Source of the DNA: an uncultured Duncaniella sp.
GTDB lineage: Bacteria > Bacteroidota > Bacteroidia > Bacteroidales > Muribaculaceae
Length of the DNA: 64,000 nt
Direction of reading: 5' to 3'
NCBI GenBank assembly: GCA_958352885.1
Contig: CATWQI010000004.1
Span: 112,179-176,178, forward strand
Shown: in pieces, positions 8,738 through 17,600 of the stretch
Layout: every line of letters starts with the position of its first letter
Numbering within the stretch: position 1 is the first letter of the stretch
Notes under the pieces: generated by a model
The model's database searches: none
What the model was told of the DNA's origin: nothing
The model's input: the letters and a program-made list of their open reading frames with translations, nothing else
Program-made: the position numbers and the translations under genes

Positions 8738-11713
8738 TTGAGAAAATCTCATCTATATATTGTTATAATAGTGCTATTATGCGGCCTGTCCGTAGGTGCA
8801 TTTTCGCGTCCTGTTGACCCCGATTCGATGAGAGTCGAGGATTATAGTGTATCTGCCGGCGATGTTGCTGATTCGGTGCCCGGTACTCTCACGCCTGCGC
8901 AAATAACCGATATCATAATGGCTGCTCCATCTGAGCGTGTTGAATTTGACTCTGTGGCAAGTAGTGGTAATGTGCCCCTTCCGTCCGATTCATTGGATTC
9001 TGTCATGGCAGGAGTGGTGCTCCAAGATTCACTTGCTGCAATCCCCGATACGGTTCTCTCATCATCGCTTCATACGATGGTTGCCGACACTGCGCGGCGT
9101 ACACGCCTTAGCCGACGTCGCATCGAAGCGCCCGGAGCCGCCTCAAAAATAGTCCGCTCGAAAGTTGACCTTGACAATGGTGTCGATTTCAGCGCCAAGG
9201 ACTCTATGATACTTGTCGGGCGCAACCAGGCTTACATGTATGGTGACAGCCATGTGGAATATGGCACTATCAAGCTGGATGCCAGTCGTATTGAGATGAA
9301 TCTTGAGAATAGTACGGTATATGCCGTTGGCACACCTGACTCTATCGGTGAGCTGCAGGGCACGCCTGTGTTCGAGGATAACGGCACTTCCTACGAGGCG
9401 AAGACCATGAGCTATAATTTCAAGACTGAACAGGGGTATATCACAGACGTTATAACCCAGCAGGGCGAAGGATATCTCACGGGAGGCCAAAGCAAGAAGA
9501 TAGACGAGAATACCTTTTATATCCAGAATGGCAGATACACTACTTGCGATAATCATGACGACCCGCATTTCTACCTTCATGTGACAAAAGGAAAGATGCG
9601 CCCCGGTAAGGATGTGACAGCGGGACCTTCTTATATGGTGCTTGCCGGATTACCATTGCCGCTTGCCGTGCCGTTCGGTTATTTCCCGTTTTCCGAGAAG
9701 TATTCATCAGGTATAATTTTCCCTACATTCGGTGACGACTATAACCGTGGCTATTACTTAAGTAACGGTGGCTACTATTTTGCCATAAGCGACAATATGG
9801 ATCTGGCGCTGACAGGTGAAATCTACACTCTCGGTTCGTGGGGATTGCGAGCCAACTCCGCTTATGTGAAACGTTACAAGTATTCCGGTAGTTTCAATCT
9901 GTCATATCTCAAGACGATTACAGGTGACAAGGGTATGCCGGACTATGCCAAGTCGACAAACTTCCAGATACTTTGGAATCACAGTCAGGACGCTAAGGCG
10001 AATCCCAATATGAACCTCTCGGCGAGTGTCAATTTCACGACCAGTGGTTATACGCGTAACGACCTTAACTCGTACTACTCAAATGCGTTCACGGAGAACA
10101 CCAAGAGTAGTACTGTCAACATGACTTACCGATTCCCGAACTCAAAATGGTCTGTTTCGACTACTGCGAGTGTGTCACAGCGAACCCAGGACTCCACACT
10201 GGCTGTTTCCTTCCCGAATTTCACCATTACCATGTCGCAGGTTTATCCATTCAAACGCAAGCGTCAGGTAGGTGCCGAGAAGTGGTATGAGAAGATCAAG
10301 CTTTCCTATTCCGGTCAGTTCAACAACTCGCTTACCGCAAAGCAGGATGAATTCTTTAAGAAGAGTCTTGTGAAGGATTGGCGCAACGGTATGCGCCACA
10401 GTATACCGGTGTCAGCCACATTCAATCTGTTCAAGTATATAAACCTCACTCCGTCGGTCAATCTCACCGACCGAATGTACACCTCTAAGGTGCGTCGCCA
10501 GTGGGATCCGAATGCTTCCGCGGAAGTGCTTGACACAACTTATAGTTTTTATAACGTCTGGGATTTCTCGGCATCAGTCGCTCTTGACACCAAGATTTAC
10601 GGTTTCTATCAGCCGCTGCCGTTCCTTGGCGACAAGGTCAAGATGATACGCCATGTCCTCACTCCTACCATTTCGTTTTCCGGCTCTCCTGATTTCGCAT
10701 CGCCATTTTTCGGCTACTACGGTTCGTACCAGTACCCGAATGCTCAGGGTGAGATGCAGACCCGCACATACTCTTACTTCCCCAATAGCCTCTTCGGCGT
10801 TCCGGGACAGGGTAAGACCGGTGCTGTGAGTGTGTCGCTCAGCAATAACCTCGAAATGAAGGTAAAGTCCGATAATGACTCGATAGGGGAGAAAAAGATT
10901 TCGCTAATCGAGAATTTCACCGTGTCGCAGAGCTATAATTTTGCTGCTGACTCTATGAATTTCTCAAATATCAACACTTCCCTTATGCTCCGGCTTGTCA
11001 AGAATTTCAACTTGAATCTTTCGGCTACCTGGGATGTGTATACCTATGCGCTTAATTCCGCCGGAAATCCGGTGCGGGTGAACAAGCTGCGCATAAGTGA
11101 GGGCAAAGGACTCGGGAAATTGTCAAGTACCGGCACCTCCTTCAGCTATACATTTAACAATGATACTTTTAAGAATCTTTTCGGGAAAGGTGACAAGAAC
11201 AAGAATAATAAGAAGGACAACAAAGGGAACAACCGGAATACAGAAGCGCAAGATTTCGCCGATGAAACGTCCGACTACCAGAATCCTAATCGCAAAAATA
11301 GCGGGAAGAAGGATTCGGGAATGGAAATGAGCGAGGACGGCTATATGAAATGGTCGGTTCCTTGGAACCTGACATTCAACTATTCTGTGAACTACGGGTA
11401 TGGGGAGTTCGACTATAACAAACTTGAATACAAGGGGAAGATTACGCAGAATCTATCATTCTCAGGCAATATCCGCCCCACTGCCAATTGGAACTTCGGA
11501 TTCTCTGCAAGCTATAATTTTGACACTCATAAGCTCGCATATATGAACTGTAACGTATCGCGAGATATGCACTGCTTCACAATGCGTGCCAGCTTTGTGC
11601 CGGTAGGACCCTATAAAAGCTATAATTTCCACATATCCGTGAAGTCATCCTTGCTTGCCGACCTCAAGTATGACAAGCGTTCATCGCTTTCAAACGGTGT
11701 GAAATGGTATTGA
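8738..11713 (+). CDS. lptD: LPS-assembly outer-membrane protein LptD (OstA) homolog, Bacteroidetes type
   Basis: Signal peptide. OstA-like N-terminal beta-jellyroll (DSMILVGRNQAYMYGDSHVEYGTIKLDASRIEMNLENSTVYAVG...YIQNGRYTTCDNHDDPHFYL). Then a very large strand-rich C-terminal barrel, 991 aa, as in Bacteroidetes LptD. Contains a K/N-rich low-complexity loop. Confidence 0.65.
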   Translation: MRKSHLYIVIIVLLCGLSVGAFSRPVDPDSMRVEDYSVSAGDVADSVPGTLTPAQITDIIMAAPSERVEFDSVASSGNVPLPSDSLDSVMAGVVLQDSLAAIPDTVLSSSLHTMVADTARRTRLSRRRIEAPGAASKIVRSKVDLDNGVDFSAKDSMILVGRNQAYMYGDSHVEYGTIKLDASRIEMNLENSTVYAVGTPDSIGELQGTPVFEDNGTSYEAKTMSYNFKTEQGYITDVITQQGEGYLTGGQSKKIDENTFYIQNGRYTTCDNHDDPHFYLHVTKGKMRPGKDVTAGPSYMVLAGLPLPLAVPFGYFPFSEKYSSGIIFPTFGDDYNRGYYLSNGGYYFAISDNMDLALTGEIYTLGSWGLRANSAYVKRYKYSGSFNLSYLKTITGDKGMPDYAKSTNFQILWNHSQDAKANPNMNLSASVNFTTSGYTRNDLNSYYSNAFTENTKSSTVNMTYRFPNSKWSVSTTASVSQRTQDSTLAVSFPNFTITMSQVYPFKRKRQVGAEKWYEKIKLSYSGQFNNSLTAKQDEFFKKSLVKDWRNGMRHSIPVSATFNLFKYINLTPSVNLTDRMYTSKVRRQWDPNASAEVLDTTYSFYNVWDFSASVALDTKIYGFYQPLPFLGDKVKMIRHVLTPTISFSGSPDFASPFFGYYGSYQYPNAQGEMQTRTYSYFPNSLFGVPGQGKTGAVSVSLSNNLEMKVKSDNDSIGEKKISLIENFTVSQSYNFAADSMNFSNINTSLMLRLVKNFNLNLSATWDVYTYALNSAGNPVRVNKLRISEGKGLGKLSSTGTSFSYTFNNDTFKNLFGKGDKNKNNKKDNKGNNRNTEAQDFADETSDYQNPNRKNSGKKDSGMEMSEDGYMKWSVPWNLTFNYSVNYGYGEFDYNKLEYKGKITQNLSFSGNIRPTANWNFGFSASYNFDTHKLAYMNCNVSRDMHCFTMRASFVPVGPYKSYNFHISVKSSLLADLKYDKRSSLSNGVKWY

Positions 11714-11777
11714 CGATAGCGTTGCCTCGATATTATCATTCCTTAGCCTAAACTATATCATCATAATAAATGTTATT

Positions 11778-11805
11778 AATGTGAAATTCATGTTGGTTTC
11801 ACATT
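11778..11805. promoter_or_regulatory. Palindrome aatgtgaaa-N10-tttcacatt upstream of the small OMP gene
   Basis: 9-bp perfect inverted repeat with a 10-nt spacer. It could be an operator or a weak terminator for lptD. Confidence 0.3.
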
Positions 11806-11842
11806 GCGTCTCAATTGTTAGATGTTTAATATAAAACTATTT

Positions 11843-12361
11843 ATGATGAAAAAGTTATTACTTATCATGTGTGCTGTCTTAGGGATGGCTTTCGGAGCTC
11901 AAGCGCAGCGTGCGCAGTTGCAGATTGGTTATGGCGGCTATACCCAGATGGATGCAAGTGACATGCACCCCGGAGGTTCTGTTGATAATGCGTGGGGAGC
12001 ACTCACGGCAGGCGTCAACTTCAAGGTGGCTCCGAGTTTCTATCTTGGTGCGTCATATACCTTCTCCAGCGCAAGCTACAAGCATAGCGACGATGCGACA
12101 GCTTACTATCATGTGATAATGCTTAACGGTCGTTATGACTATTTCCGTAACAGTATCGTTACCCTCTATGCTCATCTCGGACTTGGTGTCGACATCACAC
12201 ATGCTGCATGGGATGACGGGTCGAAAAACAAGAGCTATTTCGCATTCCAGGCTTCACCTCTTGGCGCAGAAGTAGGTCTTTCCCGTTCGGCTGCGATATT
12301 CGGTGAGCTGGGATATGGAGCACAAGGATTGCTTCAGGTCGGTTTCCGTTTCAATTTATAG
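11843..12361 (+). CDS. Small outer-membrane beta-barrel protein (OmpW/porin-like)
   Basis: Signal peptide MMKKLLLIMCAVLGMAFGAQAQ. Alternating hydrophobic pattern. C-terminal ...LLQVGFRFNL with terminal aromatic/hydrophobic residues typical of OM barrels. Confidence 0.6.
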   Translation: MMKKLLLIMCAVLGMAFGAQAQRAQLQIGYGGYTQMDASDMHPGGSVDNAWGALTAGVNFKVAPSFYLGASYTFSSASYKHSDDATAYYHVIMLNGRYDYFRNSIVTLYAHLGLGVDITHAAWDDGSKNKSYFAFQASPLGAEVGLSRSAAIFGELGYGAQGLLQVGFRFNL

Positions 12362-12421
12362 AATGATGCAATCATAGACAATCCGTTTGTTTATATCATT
12401 AAAAAGAATACACACTGACGT

Positions 12422-12658
12422 ATGAACGATAAAATTTCCTATGAGCAGCGTAAGGATTTGCCCGACAGCGTTTTCGGCTTGCCTGAACGAAGGGAATATC
12501 CTATGCCTGATGCGGCTCACGTACGAGCGGCTGAAGCCTATTTCCGTTATTGCCCGGAGGATTTGAAGCCAAAGCTTGCTAGGGCAATAATTGACAGAGC
12601 CAAGGCGTGTGGGGTGGATGTGGAGAGTCCTACAGTCCTGTCCTACGCTGCGATGTGA
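12422..12658 (+). CDS. Hypothetical 78-aa protein (no family recognised)
   Basis: Intact ATG ORF, 60 nt after the OMP gene. Sequence MNDKISYEQRKDLPDSVFGLPERREYPMPDAAHVRAAEAYFRY... Coding potential is plausible but unverified. Confidence 0.4.
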   Translation: MNDKISYEQRKDLPDSVFGLPERREYPMPDAAHVRAAEAYFRYCPEDLKPKLARAIIDRAKACGVDVESPTVLSYAAM

Positions 12659-12837
12659 TTTCTTGGTGAGAAAATACATCAGATTAACCGCTTTTTATCA
12701 GGTGCCGTTGTTTATCCTTTCGGATATAGCAGCGGCTTTGTGCATATATGGGATGAGGATGTTTTCGTTCCGTCTCTTAATTTTAAAAGTTAACATCAAT
12801 TATGAAATAAAAAGATGGCTGTTTAATTTAATTTATT

Positions 12838-12845
12838 TAAATTTG
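12838..12845 (+). promoter_or_regulatory. -7 promoter box TAaaTTTG upstream of the ECF sigma gene
   Basis: Exact motif 34 nt upstream of ATG 12879. Confidence 0.4.
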
Positions 12846-12878
12846 TCTACTGAACATAAAACTTATCGAATATAGGAT

Positions 12879-13439
12879 ATGGCAAAGGAAACTCAGTTTG
12901 ATGATGTCAATCTCGTGGCCCGGCTGCGGGACTCGTCGACTTGCCGTGAGGCTTTCGGTGAGGTTATCCGCATCTATTCCGAGCCTCTGTACCGCCAAAT
13001 CCGTCGTATGGTCCAGACCCACGATGATGCGAATGACTTGCTTCAGAATACATTTATGAAGGCTTGGCAGTCAATAGAGAATTTCCGTGGTGATGCCAAG
13101 CTGTCGACATGGCTTCATAAGATTGCCATAAATGAGAGCATAACTTTTTTGGAGAAGGAGCGTAAACGTATGGGTATTTCGCTTGATGAGGAGGAGTCGC
13201 ATCTCGTGAATCTCATAGAGGCGGATACATTTGTCGATGGCGATGAACTTGCGCGAAAGCTTCGTGAGGCTATAGCGTCTCTCCCTGAAAAGCAACGGCT
13301 TGTATTTAACATGCGCTACTATGATGAGATGAAGTACGAGCAGATGTCTGAAATACTCGGCACATCGGTGGGGGCCTTGAAGGCATCATATCATCTGGCA
13401 GTGAAAAAAATTGAACAATTTTTTGAGGAATCCGATTAA
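12879..13439 (+). CDS. RNA polymerase sigma-70 factor, ECF subfamily (RpoE-like)
   Basis: Region 2 (LLQNTFMKAWQSIENFRGDAKLSTWLHKIAINESITFL) and region 4 (SEILGTSVGALKASYHLAVKKI). 186 aa. Confidence 0.85.
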   Translation: MAKETQFDDVNLVARLRDSSTCREAFGEVIRIYSEPLYRQIRRMVQTHDDANDLLQNTFMKAWQSIENFRGDAKLSTWLHKIAINESITFLEKERKRMGISLDEEESHLVNLIEADTFVDGDELARKLREAIASLPEKQRLVFNMRYYDEMKYEQMSEILGTSVGALKASYHLAVKKIEQFFEESD

Positions 13440-13536
13440 ACCAATCGTAGACCAGGTAGTCTAAAAAGTAAAAATTAGCTCGAACGTCCATGCTTTTGGT
13501 CGGATTAGGAAACAATTTTTTTAGCTTCAAAAAACA

Positions 13537-14007
13537 ATGAAAGATATACTCGAGAAAGTTAACCACAAAGACGGAATGACTGTCCCTGACGGATATTTCG
13601 CCGATTTCGCAGCCAGGATGACCGCCTCACTGCCAAAGCAGGAATGGGAGGACCCGAAGCCAAAGGTGCTGCACCGCTCTGTATGGCAGCGGGTGAGGCC
13701 GTATATCTATCTTGCCGCTATGTTTATGGGTGTATGGTGTATGATGAAGATGTTTGACCTTATGCGGGCGGATTCCTCCGGTCTCTCAATCGATGGAAAT
13801 CCTGTGATGACCGCCGCACTATCAAATGACCATTTCATCAACGAATACTTTATCAATGAAGGCGAGATAAGTGACTATCAGCTCATGGAGGAGCTCTATG
13901 AGACCGGATTCGACATTGATTCCTGTGAGGAAGAACTGATGGAAAGTTCGGCTGATGAGTCGGCTTTTACACCCGATGCGCCGGAGTTTCCGCTTTCAGA
14001 ATCATAA
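13537..14007 (+). CDS. Putative anti-sigma factor (single-pass membrane protein, acidic C-terminus)
   Basis: Sits immediately downstream of the ECF sigma gene. One TM (YIYLAAMFMGVWCMM). Highly acidic tail. Assignment is by position and topology only. Confidence 0.45.
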   Translation: MKDILEKVNHKDGMTVPDGYFADFAARMTASLPKQEWEDPKPKVLHRSVWQRVRPYIYLAAMFMGVWCMMKMFDLMRADSSGLSIDGNPVMTAALSNDHFINEYFINEGEISDYQLMEELYETGFDIDSCEEELMESSADESAFTPDAPEFPLSES

Positions 14008-14072
14008 TCATCATTCAATTAACAACCCTACTATCAAGTCTGTAAGGCTCATAGAATTAATATTGAGAATAT

Positions 14073-14537
14073 ATGAAAAAGTTTACAGTGTTGTTCGCTT
14101 TCCTGATGGCAGTTGTCCTGCTTCCTGTCATATCCCATGCACAGCGTCCGTCAGGTCGTGACCGTGAATCGTGGATGAAGGAGATACAGCAGTATAAGAA
14201 TGATTTCATTGCTAAAAAACTTGAGCTTACTGACGAGCAGCGTGCCAAGTTTATGCCTCTGTACAATGCCATGGATGAGGAAATTCGAAAGGTTCAAGAG
14301 GAGTCTGAGCAGCTTTCACGGCAGACTGTTGCCAAGGCTGGGAAAGCCACTGATCTTGAATATGAAAAAGCGGCGGAGGCTATGTATGAACTCAAGGGTA
14401 GGGAGAATGCTATTGAAATGAAGTATTTTAATGAATTTAAGCCCATTCTTTCCCCAAAGCAGTTGTTTAAACTCAAGGATGCCGAGAAAGATTTCACGCG
14501 AGAGCTTATGAAGCAGCATCGGCGCAGGACGAAATAA
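14073..14537 (+). CDS. Periplasmic Spy/CpxP-family (LTXXQ-motif) protein
   Basis: Signal peptide. LTDEQRAKF (LTxxQ) motif. Charged helical repeats. 154 aa. Confidence 0.6.
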   Translation: MKKFTVLFAFLMAVVLLPVISHAQRPSGRDRESWMKEIQQYKNDFIAKKLELTDEQRAKFMPLYNAMDEEIRKVQEESEQLSRQTVAKAGKATDLEYEKAAEAMYELKGRENAIEMKYFNEFKPILSPKQLFKLKDAEKDFTRELMKQHRRRTK

Positions 14538-14587
14538 TCTTTTTGCCTATTCTCTCGAGAAAGATTTTTTTACAAATCATAATTTTA

Positions 14588-14628
14588 GGAACTGATTTAA
14601 ACAGTATTTATTTGTTTGAATCAGTTCC
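14588..14628 (+). terminator. Hairpin (15/16-bp stem) between the sigma operon and the alpha-2-macroglobulin gene; terminator or attenuator
   Basis: ggaactgatttaaaca / tgtttgaatcagttcc inverted repeat with a 9-10-nt loop. It sits about 50 nt after the Spy-like stop. Confidence 0.45.
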
Positions 14629-14652
14629 TGTTAACATAAAAACCTTTTAGTT

Positions 14653-17600
14653 ATGTGTACGGACAGAGTTGTCACTGTGATGTGCCTGTTATTGCTGTTG
14701 TTGACTTTTGCCTCGTCTGAAGCTGCCGTTCCCGGACAGCCAGATTTCGCCTATCCTAAAACTGTCAGCACCAGGGCGGAAAAGTCATTGAATGATGCAA
14801 TTCTGCGTTCGGATAATGTAGGAATAGTGCGCTCCCTCATGGACCTTTATTTGGCTCAGACATCAATCAGTACCGACAATTCTCCAAAAGTATTGAACCG
14901 TATAGCCGACGTGTGCAGAGAGTCAGATGACAAGCCGCTGAAAGCTATGCTCTATCTGCTGCAAGCCGATATATACAATGGAATATATCGTGGTGACCGC
15001 TGGAAATATGACGGTCGTGACATACCGCTGGATCCCGTTCCGGATAATTATAAACTATGGAGCGGAGGTCAGTTTAAACATCGGATCATATCCTTGATTG
15101 ATTCTGCGCTTTCTTTTGCTCCGCAACTCGAACGGATACCCCTTAAGGATTATGCCCGGATTCTTAATGCCGATACACATACTTATATATATTATCCTAC
15201 GCTCTATGATTTTGTTGCGTCAAGAAGCATTGGTATTCTTGAAGGATTCAGCCAAAACAACCGGGTGTTTTCATGGGGATTATTGGTGCCTCATGACATT
15301 TATCTGGAATCGCCTTTCCCTAAGTCGGATGCGGTAGCTACCCGTATTCTTGAATTGTATGCGTCTCTCCTTCGGGTCAATTCGGGGAAAGTTGCCGCCA
15401 CAGTCAATACTGATATATCTCGCATTGCATTCATCAACAATCGTATCTATCAGGCAGACGACAGTTCTGCCAACAGATTATTGGCGATTTTGCGTGCATT
15501 ATATGAAGAAAACAGAGCATCTGAATATTCAGGAGATGTGTTGTGCTTCATCGGCGATAACTGTTCTGGCTATGATTCGAAATGGCTGTATGACGCTATC
15601 GTTTACAATCTCGGAAAGTTTCCTGCTTATTGGCGCAATGGTTGTCTTTTGAACATTAAAAACCGGCTCTCCCGCAAGAGTGTCAGCATATCCACGCCTT
15701 CGACTGTGTCGCCCGGCGCGCCTGTAGACATTGATGTGTCTCTTGAAAATCTTAACAATGTCACACTGAGAGTATACGATGTGTCGGCATCTCCTATATA
15801 TAATGATGGAGTACGTTTCAAGGATGCGGCTTCACGCAAGCTCATTGCGACTCTTGACGCTTCAATAAAGGGGAATATCCCATTTTCCGGAGAGACATCC
15901 GTCAAGTATACCTTCGGTAAGGTCGGCAATTATATAGTCGTGCCTGTGATTGATGGGGTGGAACAGACCGACCGCTCGTATTCTAAGATTCATGTCACAC
16001 ATTATTCCATCGGAGTCTCTTACTTCAAGGACAAGAGGCTATGGGTTGTAGATGCGGTGACTGGCAAACCTGTGTCAGATGCGCAGCTTACAGTGTACAA
16101 GGATTTGAACAATTATCGGATGCAGCCTATGCCGGTATCGGTCGGCAAGACATCTTCTGATGGATCGCATGCTTTTGCCGAGACAGGAAATGCCGTGGTG
16201 GAAAAGGATGGCGATAAATATGCCCGGCCATTGTTTGTGCATGACCTCCGAAATCAATCTGTGGCGGATTGGTCGAAAGCTACTGCCGGTTTTGCGGCAT
16301 TGCCGATTTACCATCCAGGTGACACTGTGCAATGGACGGCTGTATGTTATGAATATAAAGGGAAGGCGCAGCGCCTTTGCGGTAATGTGACAGTCAAAGC
16401 TGTGATGCGTGATGCCTCATACGCTCCTGTCGATACTGTCACTCTTGTCACTGATGAGTATGGGCGTGTCAATGGTAGTTTTCCGATATCAAAAGATTGT
16501 CTGACCGGACGCTTTGCCATTATCATTGATGAGTATGGTATGGCTCTGTCGTTTGAGGTGTCCGATTATAAGTTGCCGACATTTAGGGTGGAACTTCTTC
16601 CGGTGGAAAAAGACTGTCCGTCCAAAGGGGATGTGACTTTGCGTGGGAAAGTTGTCACATATTCTGGTTTCCCGCTTCCGGACGTGAAGGTGACGGCTGA
16701 TATAAGTGTTGCCCCGCGTATGCGTTGGTGGTGGAACCGGTCCCGTGGCGTTTCATTTTATTCCTGTGAGGCTACTACGGCTGGCGACGGGACATTCGAG
16801 ATGACCGTAGAAGCTTCAGCTTTGGCTACCTCCCCTGTGCCGGATGGTGTGTTCACCGCATCGATATCTGCTCTGTCAATCTCAGGTGAAACTCAGACCG
16901 CATCCGCCGTTTTCGAGACCGGGACCAGGTATGAGATTCAAGTCTCTCTTCCGGCAGCCATTGAGGTTGGTAACGGAGTGACGCCGATAGCGGCAAAAGT
17001 GGTCAACTATCTTGACTCTGTGGAGCCTATGCCGATTAATTATGCCATCAAGCGCGATTCTGTGGTTGTGGCAAGTGGTGTTATGTCTGTTGCTGATCGC
17101 AGTATAGATTTCCGCTTGCTTCCATCAGGCGAGTACCAACTCTCGTTCACGCTTGAAGATGCGGCTTTGGCTGACGAATATACAGTACCGACGGTTATCT
17201 ACCGGAGTGATGACAGGTCAACTCCCGTCCCGGGAACTCTGTTGTGGTATCCGTCCACATCGGTCACTGTCAGGGGCGGAAATTCAGGAAAGTGGATTTA
17301 TGCCGTGGATTGTGATACATATCTGCTCGTCACCGTCTGGACATCCGATGAGCTTATTTCCCAAAAATGGATCAAGGCTAATGCAGGCATGCACATTCTC
17401 GACATACAGTTGCCGGAGTCAATTGATGAAGCGAATGTCGCTGTTTCAGTGACGGGTAATCATCGACGCTCCTACGCAAATCTGAAGATAAAGCGTTCCG
17501 GGAGGGAAAAGGGCATCAAATTTGTTACCGAATCGTTCCGTGACCGTTTGCTTCCCGGAGGGGAAGAGACTTGGACATTTAAAGTCGTGGATAATACAGG

